A DNA stretch of 64,000 nt from positions 173,286 through 237,285 of the forward strand of contig FLMG01002456.1 of the NCBI GenBank assembly GCA_900088475.1, given 5' to 3'. Below are positions 1 through 13,500 of the stretch, piece by piece (position 1 is the first letter of the stretch; the number at the start of each line of letters is the position of its first letter). Position numbers and translations under genes: made by a program. The notes under the pieces are model-generated. The model searched no databases. It was not told where the DNA came from and was given only the letters and a program-made list of their open reading frames with translations. Source of the DNA: Hyphochytrium catenoides (Eukaryota; Protista; Hyphochytriomycota).

Positions 1-2782
1 CAATTATAGCGTTACCAAGGACGGACTTGCAAACCAACTGCTAAATGTCGTAGTAGGGCACGAGCGACCAGATCTTGAGGAGCAGTACGGAGCCCTTGTG
101 GAACAAATGTCTGCCAGCACACTCCTCCTAGTGGAGCTGGAAGACGCTCTCCTAGGCAACTTATCTAACTCTACGGGGAATATATTAGACAACGAAGAGC
201 TGATCGCCACTCTAGACGAGACGAAGACTAAGGCGGTGGAGATTGGAGCTAAACTGGAGCAATCCAGACTGACCAAGGAGGAAATCAGTAAGGCCAGAGC
301 AGTCTATACTCCGGTGGCCAAACGGGGCTCTATTCTCTACTTCGCTGTGTCAGGGCTATCCAATATTATGAGTATGTATGAGGTGTCCTTAGCCTCTTTC
401 CTGACTGTGTTCAGAGGGGCCTTGTCCGGCGCAAAGAAGGATGTAGTGCTGGATAATCGGCTGAAATACATGCTTCAGTCCGTCACTGACCGAATTTATG
501 ACTTCACCTGTACGGGGATCTTTGAAAGGCACAAGCTCATGTTTTCAGTGCAAATGACCTGTATGCTAATGGAAGGAGACGGCAACCTTAATCGACCCGA
601 ACTGGACTTCTTCCTTAAGGGTGATACTTCACTCTCGCCTGCTGAAAAGGCGAAAGATGCGACCCTCTCCTGGATCTCTGACAGTGGATGGAAGGACCTG
701 AACTACCTCTCCACACTTTCAGAACCGTTAGCTTCTCTGGTCCCTGATGTCCAGCAAAATGCGTCTGTCTGGCGAGCGTGGAATGATTTAGAAACGCCCG
801 AATCTGCTGATCTCCCCATGGGATACTCAACGAGGCTGTCTCCGTTGCAAAAGCTCTTGATATGCCGCTGCTTTCGACCCGATCGGGTCTACAATGCCGC
901 AAAGCTGTTCGTAATGTCGATAATGGGGGATAAGTACGTCCAGCCGCCAGTGCTCAATTACCAGCGCATTTTCGCGCAGAGCAGTCCTCAGACCCCTATG
1001 GTTTTTATCCTCAGTCCAGGCGCCGATCCGCAGAGCGACATCCAATTGTTGGGTGAGGAATTAGGGTTTACAGGACACAAGTTCAAGTTCTTAGCACTAG
1101 GTCAGGGACAAGGCCCCCTGGCAGAACAGATGCTTGCCACAGGTGCATCCAGGGGCCATTGGGTGCTCCTGCAAAACTGCCATTTGCTTGCGAGCTGGTT
1201 GAGAACGCTGGAAAAGTTCCTCGAAGGGCTGCAAAAGCCCCATCCAGACTTCCGCTTATGGCTAACTACAGAGCCTACCGACCGCTTCCCATTAGGTATA
1301 CTTCAGCGATCCCTTAAAGTAGTGACTGAGCCTCCTGATGGACTCAAGCAGAATATGCGTAGTTCTTACACCAGGATCGACCAACAAATGTTAGAGGAGT
1401 GCCCGCATTGGGCTTATCGACCACTCGTCTACGTCCTCTGCTTCCTGCATGCTGTGGTCTTGGAGAGAAGAAAGTATGGAAAGATCGGATGGAATGTCAG
1501 CTACGACTTTAATGAGTCAGACTTCAGTGTCTCTCGGCGACTACTAGGGCTGTACCTTAAGAAAGCCTATGAGGATCAAGATGAGAATCTTCCGTGGGGT
1601 TCATTACGATACCTAATTGGTGACGCTATGTACGGAGGGAGAGTTAGTGACAGTTGGGATAGGCGGATCCTTGTTACTTATCTGCAGGAATACATGGGAG
1701 ACTTCCTCTTCGACAAATCACAAAAGTTCTATTTCAGTAGAGACGGCTTTGACTACGAGCTGCCTGAATGGGGTCCATTGGAGAATTATGTGGCCATGGT
1801 AGAGAAGCTACCGCTCACTAACGGCCCAGCGGTGTTCGGACTCCATCCAAATGCAGAGATCGGCTACTTCACAAATGCTACCAAGCGAATGTGGCGTGAT
1901 CTGATTAATCTGCAACCACGGTCTACGTCGTCAGGGGATGGCGTATCGCGCGAGTCTTATATCGCCAAGGTGGCGATTGGCATTCAGACCAAAGTCCCTG
2001 CACAGGTAGATGTTGGCTTAGTGAGGAAAAATCTAGGCCGCACACCGACGCCGACCGAGGTCGTTCTGTTGCAAGAGCTCGACCGTTTCAACACCCTCTC
2101 AGAAAAGATGGCAACTTCTCTTGCTGAGCTTCAAAAAGCTCTTGTTGGAGAAATAGGTATGAGTGAGGAGCTCGACCAACTTGGAGAGGCATTGTACAAT
2201 GGTTTCTTGCCCACTATGTGGAGGCGGCTTAGTCCTGCTACTCAGAAGCCTCTAGGCAGCTGGATGGGACAGTTCGGTCGCAGACATGAGCTTTACATGG
2301 ACTGGATTGCTAATGGAGATCCTAAGGTCATGTGGCTGTCTGGATTACATATTCCGGAGTCCTATCTGACAGCATTAGTTCAAGAAACATGTCGGGCGCT
2401 CACTTGGCCTCTCGACAAGTCGACGTTGTACACGAAGGTGACGAAGTATCGAGACGCATCAGAAGTTCCGGAAAAGCCCAGACATGGCTGTTACGTCGAG
2501 GGGCTATACTTGGAAGGAGCCAGTTGGGACCTGGAGAAATCGCAACTGAGAAGGCAAACACCGAAGGTCCTCGTAGAGCCCTTGCCTATTCTACAAGTCA
2601 TTCCGATCGAAGCAGGGAAATTGAAGTTGCAGAACACTTTCCGAACACCTGTGTACGTTACTCAAGAAAGGGCAAACGCCATGGGGGTGGGTCTAGTTTT
2701 CCAGGCTGATCTGGCGACAAGTGAGCATGATAGCCATTGGACTTTGCAGGGTACCGCTTTAGTTCTTAACGTAGACACTTAG
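1..2782 (+). CDS. DNAH10: Axonemal dynein heavy chain, C-terminal part (end of AAA5/strut, AAA6, C-terminal domain); 5'-partial; DNAH10 / inner-arm I1-alpha-like
   Basis: Uninterrupted ORF open from the window edge. Motifs: [96 protein letters not shown] (DNAH10-type), [17 protein letters not shown]. Confidence 0.93.
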   Translation, partial: NYSVTKDGLANQLLNVVVGHERPDLEEQYGALVEQMSASTLLLVELEDALLGNLSNSTGNILDNEELIATLDETKTKAVEIGAKLEQSRLTKEEISKARAVYTPVAKRGSILYFAVSGLSNIMSMYEVSLASFLTVFRGALSGAKKDVVLDNRLKYMLQSVTDRIYDFTCTGIFERHKLMFSVQMTCMLMEGDGNLNRPELDFFLKGDTSLSPAEKAKDATLSWISDSGWKDLNYLSTLSEPLASLVPDVQQNASVWRAWNDLETPESADLPMGYSTRLSPLQKLLICRCFRPDRVYNAAKLFVMSIMGDKYVQPPVLNYQRIFAQSSPQTPMVFILSPGADPQSDIQLLGEELGFTGHKFKFLALGQGQGPLAEQMLATGASRGHWVLLQNCHLLASWLRTLEKFLEGLQKPHPDFRLWLTTEPTDRFPLGILQRSLKVVTEPPDGLKQNMRSSYTRIDQQMLEECPHWAYRPLVYVLCFLHAVVLERRKYGKIGWNVSYDFNESDFSVSRRLLGLYLKKAYEDQDENLPWGSLRYLIGDAMYGGRVSDSWDRRILVTYLQEYMGDFLFDKSQKFYFSRDGFDYELPEWGPLENYVAMVEKLPLTNGPAVFGLHPNAEIGYFTNATKRMWRDLINLQPRSTSSGDGVSRESYIAKVAIGIQTKVPAQVDVGLVRKNLGRTPTPTEVVLLQELDRFNTLSEKMATSLAELQKALVGEIGMSEELDQLGEALYNGFLPTMWRRLSPATQKPLGSWMGQFGRRHELYMDWIANGDPKVMWLSGLHIPESYLTALVQETCRALTWPLDKSTLYTKVTKYRDASEVPEKPRHGCYVEGLYLEGASWDLEKSQLRRQTPKVLVEPLPILQVIPIEAGKLKLQNTFRTPVYVTQERANAMGVGLVFQADLATSEHDSHWTLQGTALVLNVDT

Positions 2783-2849
2783 TCGTAGAGATGATAGATA
2801 TAGGATTCTCATATTATGTAAGTTTCAATCAGCATAAATAAACTCAACC

Positions 2850-4115
2850 TCCACATGGCGTGACTTCGGTAAGGTGATACTCTACTCCCAGGAACCGCCC
2901 CAACCATAGGCCAACAATTCGCGAGAAAGTTGGTCACGGGGTGTCAGTGGTCAGAGCCCTGGTGATTCCTTCGCTTGGGTTTCGGATGGTGGAACAACTA
3001 CCAGCGCTGAGGAGGAGGTAGGGCAAGAACGCAGATCGGTGTCAGGACATGTCTACTGTCGAACATCATCCAAGCTTACTCACATTTCGAAGTGAGCATT
3101 AGATACTTGCGCTCAACCTCAATCATGAAGCGTGGGTTGGACAGTGCCGAGGTCATTTGCCTTACAACCCCCTACAAGCGTAAGCAGAGGTTGATAGCAC
3201 ATCTAGAAAGAATTTAAAGGAGCAAAGATGGTCTACCTCCTTGCCGATAAAATGAGGCCACTTATTTTGATGTACCTCTGGGGTGTCAGCCACGATGACC
3301 CTGGTACCTATGTGACAATGTGAGAAGGGATATGTCGGCGAGCAAGCATACCCTCACTTCACCTAGAGGAAGTATGGTCCCTTGGGCTGCAGGTGTGACG
3401 GTGGGTCTGCATAGCTATGTTACGAAACTTGATTGAGTATGGATCAGGTACGGTTAACGCCCTTACACTTTACGAGATACGGCTTCGGGGGCGGTCACAG
3501 TCAATCGAGTCGATTCTGGAGATGGAGCAGTAGGGGGCTTCGGAGCGGGAGGAACCTGTGGCGCAGGGGCTAGAGACTTCACGGTAACAGGTTTAGTGAT
3601 CGATCCAGCCTGGACGACGGCATCGAAACCGTGATACTGAGAGGTCCAATATCTCTGTCTTCTTCCCTCTCTGCCAGAATAGGATACATGAGGTTGTTGA
3701 TTTCAATCTTTCACTCCATGCTTAGAGAAGCCTACCTCTCGCACATTAGCTGTCGGTTGTAGTCTGCAGCATGGGTGAGTACCCTGTAGTAGGTTGCTCT
3801 ACCTCCATCCAGTGTCGAGGCGGCATTGCGGTCTATCTCCCCTTCAAGTATTCCCCTCAGATGTTGAGGGACATCAAATCTCTCGATCTCAGCTTTTTCA
3901 TCACCACCACGAGCACTCACGGGTCCAAGTGTACTTGTCATCGGACCTCGGCGCCAGGAGAGAGGGGCTCTTAGGCCGGCTAAACGATCTCTGGTCCTTG
4001 AGACTGTTCGAGGCTCACTGAGGTGGACGCTCAGCTGACAGCACGATGAATCCTGGACTCGCTTCTGTATGATTCTCACGGCGTTCTGACAACACAAAGA
4101 GGTGGTGCCACCCAT
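2850..4115 (-). CDS. Probable multi-exon hypothetical gene (Pro-rich exon near 3470-3670); boundaries uncertain
   Basis: 127-aa ORF 3732-4115 ends at a GT donor. Further minus-strand donors (e.g. GTAAGG near 3465) flank an exon reading YWTSQYHGFDAVVQAGSITKPVTVKSLAPAPQVPPAPKPPTAPSPES. No recognisable domain. Confidence 0.35.
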
Positions 4116-4592
4116 CAGAAGCTCTAATCACTTTCACATCTCAAAGCATCCATCAAAAAAGTTCGCCAAGTACGGTACAGAGTTAAGTCTAACATTGCAT
4201 ATCAGAAATCCATAGCGATGGTAGGGAGCCTGGTCCCAAATGGGGTAACTTGTATTCTGTATCGCTCTCTTATGATGTCGATTTGGCGGTCTCTTTAGGG
4301 TTGAACTCTGCAACCTTTCGTTCGCAAGACACGCACTGTCATGATGCAACCCGAACAGTTATATGTCTCCTCTTCCGGGGCTGATGAGCGATGTGGCTCT
4401 GTGAGGAGAGAAGACTCTGCCTAGTTTCCGGTCTGTGCCATGAAAGTGTGAGCTTGAGCACGTGCAACCTTGTGTTCACGCTTGGCTCCGGCTTCCACTG
4501 CAAGTTAGTTCAAGGGCTAGCTCTTTAGCCGCTAATAGCTTGTCAGGGTTAGCTGCCAGGGCAGATGGTAGGGACATCCAGAAGTCTCTACC

Positions 4593-7500
4593 ATGCGCCA
4601 GATAAAGGTTACTTGTTTGGGCCGTGAGAGGCTAACTCATCTCTCGCAGACGTGGCGGAACTTACGCCACTGTGGCTGTTATTATCTACCATGGCGCTCT
4701 TTAGAATTTGGGCGGTAACGTAGACCTAAACTTTGCTGTGATGGAGGAGAGCCGCGGCGCTACAGTGCCGATAGCTCTATTGGCCAGGCTAGGACATTGT
4801 TCTACTAGCTGTGTTCTGGAGGTAACTCGAAGAAGTTGGCAATGGCAAGCTGATGATCTAAGTAACGCTACCCTGTCATACGCTGCCTAGGAGTTGGCGA
4901 GGAGTGGTTGGACTGCTGGCGATATAGCGTCTCTCATTTGTGATAGGAATGCAGCATTCTATCATAGGGGACTCGCTGTCTGGGCAATGGCGACATGCTT
5001 GAATTCAGACAAGGTAATGTATAGTAAAGTGCGAAAACTCTTATTTGAAACAAACGCTAAGTCTCACTTGTTCGTCTTCGCTGTAAAGGGAAGCCTTTGG
5101 GAGTCACAAATGACAGAGTCGATCATCGCAGCTGTAATAGATATCATGAGTTATAGTCAGGTCTGCGATATTGGGGATGCGGACATCAAGCGGATATACT
5201 GCAATTGCTGCTATTTGCTTGCGCTTCTCATGGACCTGCACGAAGGCTCCCGCTCTGAGAAGATATTGCTTAGTCGGGTCAAGCGCGGCTCTACCCAGGC
5301 TATGGAGATGACAGAAAAGCCAGCTGGAAAGGACTCAAGGGTAATGGCAGTGCTGATGGGAGTGGTCCCGCCGAAGTCTCAGGCAAGCAACGTTTTCTTC
5401 TTACGCTTGTAGAATATCTGACCTTGCTCTGGCAGATAAGGCAGATTAAGCCTCCTGTAAGGTTTAGAACAGCCGAAGGACACAGGCTCTCTCATGCAAA
5501 GATTGACGATTCTACGCTTCTGACGGTCCGAGTAGGAGAGCAGCCGCAAAATAATCAACACTCGGATCATTTGGATCTTATGGAGGGTCACAGTAACATC
5601 GCCGTCTTACCGGCTCGGACGCTTCCACCCATCAAGACTGCCCAGTCTCTAGGACCCACGGAAAAACACACAATTCCGTCACGGTAAGTGGCCTGTTATT
5701 TCTCCGTCTATCTACCGCAAAATCTCATCGCTTGCTAGGGTGATCATCGAAAGGGATGGAGAACAAGGAGGGAACGCGTTAGGTCCATATGGAGAATCCA
5801 TCCGTCTCTTTGAGCCCCCTCGCCCACCCGTGCTTGGGTACCAGGTTCCGCAACATTATCTACCTTTCCATCGGCCACACTCTGCCGATAATGCCAAACG
5901 AAGAAGGCCACGACCAACTGCTCGGCTCGAAGGTGAGTAGCTCATTTTAGCCGATCGTGATTGTCGCAACGTCTTAATGTGCCGATCTGCAAGGCATGTC
6001 GAATTATCTTCTAGACAATGAAGGCAGTCAGGACAGACCCCATACCAGTGATAGTCAAAGACTATCTCGAAGGTTGGTTGGCCACAAGTCTATTTGCATT
6101 CAGTCTTAACCAATTCACTATTCCAGTTCAGACGCAGGGGTATCACTAATCTATCCAAGCGACTGGATGCGTTCAACTAGCAAGGGGGATTCACAGTTCC
6201 TTCTTGAGCCAGGTGATAACCATAACCCGCAAGCGGTCCATTAGTACATAGATAGTGGCCTTTGCTGACCCGAAACTCTCGCAGATCGCTTACTGCAGGC
6301 AATCGAACATAATGCAATGCCGATCACCACTAAGGAGCAGCCAGTCAAGTATAGCTTAGGGGCAGAGCAGCTTGTTTTCAGAAGTAGGAGGTTTTCTTTG
6401 ATGAAGCTTCTTCTCTCCCTCACCTACTAATGCTAGCAGGTCCAATGGTACCGGAAGTTGATGGCCCTGCCACCTCATCCGAAAGCATCAGCGCCCACAC
6501 AGGATCGGAGGACGATACTTTTGAGCCAAGAAATCCCACCGATCCCGACTCGCGACACTACCGCAGAAACCGCCTGGTGGTCATCCTGCAAGCTCCAGTG
6601 TTTCCCAATAGCTGGGAAGCGCTGCGGCGGTTGCAGCACTCTGAAAATACCATCATCATGGACTCCCTTGGGCGTAAGCTTCGTATCTTGAGGATGGAGG
6701 AGGGTAACCTGAGATTAAGCATTCGGTAAGGTCATATACTAGGATTTGAAGGTGATAAACGCTTTTCAAAGCTTATAATTGTGCAGACAACGCATAGAGC
6801 GGAGTCGAGGATCGATATCGATGGATAAGATGTTCGAGATGAGAGGTGGCCCTGCATTCTGTAGAGAAAGGCTTCATGACGCTTTAGCTATTTGGGTGAA
6901 CCAGTTTGAGGTCAATCAAATGCGAAGGTTTGTATAAGAGCGCCAGTAAAACGGCGTGATAATGAACTAATTAGCTACTCTGTAGAGCGCTAACACAGTG
7001 GAAGGCGCTAGTGGACTCCAAGCGGTACATTGAACGTCGGGGAGAATATAGGCGACAGGCGTCAATAAAGTTTGTGAAGCTTGTAATCCGACGGCTGGAA
7101 GTCTCCCTTAGGCTCTCGGCTCTTGTTCGATGGGTTCACACTGTCAGGTGCGGTCACCGGTAGCGTGGCTACATCAGTCCATATTCACTGATTGTTTACG
7201 CTCCAGATGGACTATATGGAATGAAAGGACAGCAGCTGCCATCCGAATTCAGACAAAGATTAGGGGCTATATCGCACTTCAGAAGGTTATGTGGATACAC
7301 ACTCAGAAACCTATTGGAGGAGTCCTTTCAGATATTTATCTTGCCGAAGAGAGGAAGGTCACTTTTCGTATACCTGGAACAATAAGAGAGGATAAGCGCC
7401 GGGCCTGGTTTGCTGCTGTCATGGTACGTGGCAAATCTGGCTTCACCCTCTTTCAATATCGAGCTCATGCGTCGTGAAAGGTCCAAGCGCCATACAAGGG

Positions 7501-10500
7501 CCGAAAATGTAGGCGTCGCTACCTGTACGTCTTACGCCAGACTGTAAAGATTCAGTCTTGTGTGAGAGGCTGGATTTGTCGATGGCATTATATGGACATG
7601 AAGGTGGATACCCCTAAATCACGTCATAGAGAGCTATCGACACATTATGCTTTTCTATAGGTTGCGGTCGTCTACATTCAGGCCACTGTCCGAATGTATA
7701 TAGTCAGATCAGCCTATTTGCATGTCCTGGGAGCAGTGCGGAAGCTTCAAGCCAACTGTCGGGGCTTCAGAGGTCGCAGGCTGTATCGGGCCGCAATACT
7801 CGCAAGGCATATATGGCAGGAGGAACGTATGACAGCTGCCCGGGGTTAGTCGAAACCAATGCAATCAAATTTATCCAAAATTAAAGTGTTCCCGGCAGAG
7901 TTGCAACGGGTGTGGCGTGGTTATCAAGGGAGAAAGGAGGCCTGGCTCATCAAGTCCTATAATCAATTGTTATTCAGGTTCGTATTTTTTCACCGTCGAT
8001 TAGTTAACGAGATCCTGAAACCCTTCTTTCGTAGTTCCGCGCTTAAACTCCAAAAGGCCTGGTACACCAAGAGAGGAGATTGGGTTACTTTTCTTCTTCT
8101 GGGTTGTCTCCGAGAGCAGGCTGAGGAGGACCGGCGATTCGAGCTAAGACTGAAATATTGGTAAGCGCTAGTGTGAATTCCTCGTCGTTGGCTCGCTCAC
8201 CCATGGCTTGCGGGCTTAAGGGCAAAGAAGTCTTGCGCTAGAAAAATCCAGGCGGCCTTTCGACAGCACTGGAAATGTGTTCTGTGGAAGAGTTCTGTAA
8301 CCTTGCAATGCTGGTGGAGGATGAAACTGGCTCAGGGTTTACTAGAAGTACTCAAGCTTGAGTTCAAATCTATCGTAGCCATCCAACGTTGGATAAGAAC
8401 GGCCATTGCCTTACGCAAAGATTCCGCGAGAAAGGTATATTGACATATTCTTCCTTTAGCCTTATTCCCCTCACCCTCCCAATGCAGATTCAATTTGCCT
8501 GGTTACGTCATGAGGAGGGATTACTTCTCCGCCACTTGTTAACCCAGAAGCAAATACGGAAGAGTTGGGAGGCACGGCAGTCTTATAAAAATTCCCTAAT
8601 GGCGGCGAAGCAAATCCAGCGGCTGTGGAGGGGAAGAAAAGGAAGGTTAGCTAGCTCTTGCCAGCCTTAAGCGGGTGTCACTTATCTCAACCCCTGCTGA
8701 CCGGGACTTACTGCTATTGAAGAGAGACAGGGCGGAGGGAAAAGGCTGCTAGAGACATTCAGAAGATAGTGCGTGGATGGCTGGGGCGAAAGGAGTACCA
8801 CCGCGAAGTGCTTGCTAAGAATCGACGATTGGCTCAAGCGTACATCCAATCAATTCTTGCTAAAGCGGTAAAGCAAGAGATCATTCGCAGGGTAGTTGAA
8901 AACAATGGAGCAACGACCACCATTCAACGTGTGGTAAGGGGCTTTCTCACCCGCCAGCGGTTGTTGCAGAGGTGGATACGGGAGGAGCGACTGCACAGGT
9001 ACTCGCATTATACATTCAGTGTCTACTCTTGTCTAACAAGACGGGAAATAGAATGGCAAGTCGCGTGCAGAGATCTTGGCGCAGTCACGCCAGACAAAGG
9101 GCAGCCAGAATGATCATGACCGCTAGAAAAAGGCGAAGGGACAATCCGTATCGGGATCTCCCTTCAGTACGGGCCGTGTTAGCACGCTGCTTGAGGTAAG
9201 GGTTATTGTTTGCCTAAGACTGCCAAGGGGTTAAGAGGAACTTCTGTCACCTTTTTGATGTACAGAGATGCCGAACAGTTCTACGACGCCGCTGACGAGT
9301 TGGTAGGCATGGGTATTCCCAAGTTCCTGCATAAGCTTGGAGCGGTTGAGTACGTCAATACAATGGCTGAAAAGAATATCTGTACTGTCAACGACCTTAA
9401 AACGTATACCGAACAAGAGTTGGAAGCAATGAACATTGCTGATTTGGAACTGAGAGAAGAGATATTACTACTGGCTCAAGACCGCGTCCGAAGCCGAAGA
9501 TATGAAAATCTCCTGTTGCGACTGAAAAAGTTGAAGGCACAGCACCTTCGAACGAGGCATGTGCTCATCAAGTCGGAACATCTGGTCTTCAGGGCCGCAC
9601 GGCACGAGACGTTGCTGACAGCGGCTATCGAAGAAGTAAGATGGACAGTGTTGCATGACCTTGGAGTTTCCCTATGCTAATGCTCTCTTATGCGTCGTAT
9701 TATAGCTTGAAAAGGAGGGGCATGACTTTACACATCTCCCGAGAGGCATGAGGAGAAGGATAACGTTACTGACACAGCGGCAAGCGACTGCTGTTCAAGA
9801 GCTACAGAAACTAAAAGGCGCGGCAGAAGAAGTTAAAGCTAAGGCGATTGTCTTAGAATCAGAAATGAACGAACTAAGCACCGCAGTAAGTGTTCCCAAT
9901 TATGTAAGCGCCAGGCCGCAAGTAGTCTTAACTTGTACTCCTCCTCCCCTTTACTACGGATGCGCTAATCAACAGCTGACTGTTCTCGAGAATCAGAAGT
10001 CTAAATGTCTCGCAGCCCGAGAAAAGCTAGTGCTCGTGCATGATGGAGAATACGTTCGTGAAGTTTTTCTGAATCACTATCCAGACGCACAGGCTAGAGC
10101 CAAAGCATTTGCAGATGCTGTTTTGGCAAGCGGCAAACCGATCACATCAAATCAGCTAGATAGGTATCCCTTACTGCTTAATAGCTGCAGTTGTGCTCAG
10201 TCTAAGCCTGGCTTCTCATGACCAGGTTCTTGCGTAAGTTCACCAAGTCTTCGGAGGCAAAAGAGCGACTCGCAGAGCTTGTGTCGTTTCAACAGGTAGC
10301 CACACAAAACTTCCTTGATTCAGTAGCATTGTGCATGAATAGCTAACCAAGGGTTCAACAGGAACAAGCTATGGAGGACTGGGACAAGCAAAGAATGGGG
10401 TCATTCTGCGACCTGCTCCAGTATGCAGCCGAACGTATTGTCAATATCATATACCTCTCCAGCCACAAGGGCAACATGGAGACTCCATTCGACACCACTG

Positions 10501-13500
10501 TCGCGGCGACGCAGCTGCAAAGTAACTCTTTCATATACAGTGACCTGGTGCAGCTGATGGAGGAGGCCAGGGGCATACCAATGGCCACTCGATGCGCATG
10601 GTGGCAGTCTACCATGCAGAGACTGAAGACCATGGATGATGAGGCCCTTAGAATTCAGGTAGTAGCCGCCCCACCTCCCACGTTAGCTAGGAGATTTATC
10701 CAAAATCTCACTTGCATAACTTCAGCGACTTTGGAGAGGAACGGCAGACCGTCTACGGATAGGCATTCTACGACATAAAAGAAGATTACAGGAGATAGCG
10801 GAAGAGTTCGAGGAGGAAAGAGCTCAGAAAGTGAGGGACCAGTGGGCAAAAGACCGTGGCAAGGAAATAGCCCAGCGTCTAATGGCCATCGCAATCAACA
10901 AGAGAGAGGTCGTTGTCTCCGAGCTCCTGGAAGTGCTGCCCTTCGGATGGATGCAGGAATATGATCCTGCCACACAGGTACCTTCCATTCCCTTACGTCG
11001 CTGTGAAGAACGAGTATATTCTAACTAGGCACTTAGCTTCCCTGCTTCGTCAACAAGCAAACTGGCCAAACCCAAATGGACAGACCACAGTACACTTACG
11101 AACAATATGAGGCAGCAATCACAATACAGAAGACAACTCGTCGTTACCTGGCGGAAACAATGCAAAAAGTGATAGAACGAGAAAAGGCAAAGGTTAGAGC
11201 TCTTTCTCGAAGTCATTCTGAAAACGTGTACTCATCGAGGACCATTACGTGTGCCTTGCAAGGCCGCCATTGATGCTGCCGGAAGAGAAAGATGGGAGAG
11301 ACTCTCTCACGAAAGGAACAGGCATGTGACCCTTCGCTTGTCCTTAATCGTCAAGCGGCATGGATACAACCCAGTCAAGCTCCGTGAGGCAGAGAGATTG
11401 GAGGAACGGTTCAACGTTACATTCAATGCCATCTCGGCCGGGGACATGGTAGAACAGAGCAAGCTGCTTGTGGAGCTGTTCGAAGTATATGCAAGGTATT
11501 ACAGGGTGACCTTGCCCGTTGTACTTCCCCATGTGAAGTTGGAATACACAAGAGTAGCGATGCCGTATGGTTGGCGAGAGCAAGTTGTGGAGGGTAAGTT
11601 TAATCCTTGATCTTTGTGAGCTACCTATTGACCTCACTGGCGTACTGTGACTGTTTCAGGCGAGACCATTTATCGTAATCTCCTTACCGGGGACTTGTCA
11701 AGAGAACCTCCAGCTTACAGCTATGAGGAGGACAAGGGTGCCTTGATGCTACAGGTGAACCTTGTATTCTTCCTCCAAAGAAGCTTCTACCAACAAGGTG
11801 CATTCTATAGACTTTGTGGCGTGGATACAGTGGCAGACGGCACTATAGGCACATACTGGAGAATTTCGCACTGGTCGACTTTGTGCAAAGCTCTCTAGTA
11901 GAGTTAAGATCCACCGGGTACATTGGTTATGGCACTGAAGGTACGAGAGCTCACCGACTCTTCAATACACGGACTCTGATAATGGCGCTATGTGATCAGG
12001 AATGAACGTGGTCCTATACCTCAGGAGGCTGGGCTTAGCGCACTTAATGCCGCTTTTCGTACCGAGTGAAAAGGAGATTAAAGATTCTTTGCTGAGAAAG
12101 CTGAAGCCCCGAGAGCCTATGACACTTGAAGAAATCTGGGGGCTTACGGACGATAAGCTCCGTGAGATGGGGGTATCAGACCCTACAGAGAGACGGTACG
12201 ACGCTCAGTGGACTCAGATCACTATGCCTTTCAGCTGAACTACTATGTCTACTCAGGATTCTACTGGAAAGCCCTCGACCAACGAAAATGCGATACCCTC
12301 TGGACGATAAACAACCAGCTTTTGACGAGAATTGCATCCTTTCTTTCTTCCAGAGCCATAAACACTTGGAGCAAGTCCTTGACACGGTAAGGATGACTCA
12401 CTACCTACCAGGCGTTAACGTTATTAGTGACTGCTGACGACTTGAGCAGCTCTTGCCTAATCAGACTCAACGAGCAGCAGCCTTTGCTGAGGCAATATTA
12501 AGGTCCAAGAATCCTGTTACCATTGGTCAAATAACTGGACTCCTCCGCTTTTATGGAGGAAAGGCGAAAACAGCACAAGAACACCTTGAGGAATCACTCA
12601 GCCTTGAGACCGTTGGATCGGAATCAGAGCACCAGCGCGCCCTGAAAAAGCTTCGCCAGACTGTGAAGCGGGCTGCGGTAGTTGTAGGGAATCTCAAGAT
12701 ATACTCTCTGCAAAAATATCTGGTTACAGTCCTCGAGGAAGCAGATTGCTACTTGAAGCATCACGAAGTGCAGACCCCTCTTCTCAGTGAACTTCCGCCA
12801 GATATTTGTGCTTCTTCCGGTAAGCCGTCCATTGAATTGTCCTCTCATCACTGCATCTGATGTTTTTCTGCTTGCTGTAGAAAATGACCGCCAAATAAAG
12901 TCATTCGAATCTTCGCATCTCCTGGGCTTGTGGAGCCGCTTGCCACTGAGCTCGAAGCATTCTGCTATGAAAGCAGCATGGCATCTTAGGCACTACTGTC
13001 TCCACGGGGTTCTTCGAGCTGTTCGTGCAGTCATTCTTATCCAGGCGTTAGTTCGAGCTTATTTTGGTAGACTGCACTATAAAGTACTACTTAAGACGAG
13101 GTAACAAGGGAAAGCTCATCTCATGATACTAAAGACTGACGTTCAATATTCTCAGGGAGCACGCCGCAATGCAAATGCAGCTCCTTTGGAGAGGTTACCA
13201 GGCAAGAAGTGTTCGCTGGTATTACTTGGCACAGCAACAATCTGAATGGCAAGAGCAGCGTGATGGAGAGAGCGGTCAGTATCCCATTTATCTATGTGCA
13301 AAAGGCGGAGAGCTTACTTAGTGTTTACCTCAAAAGGACAATCGTTCTACGTAAATAAGTCCGATAATATCTCTTCATGGACCCCTCCTGTCGACGAAGA
13401 CGGCGCAGAGCTACCGTACCGTCCCCTAATCTTCGACAAACGATCAGGGAGGAAAATTCTAGCTTGGCCTCAGCTTGAGGAAAAGCGCTTATTGGACGAA

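Noticed and set aside
4708-5412. Adjacent in-frame ORFs separated by a single TAG (4888-4890), suggesting stop-codon reassignment or readthrough
   Set aside because: The TAG is the AG of an intron acceptor (GAG|GTAACT...CCTAG|GAG). Conserved genes end normally in TAG, TAA or TGA.
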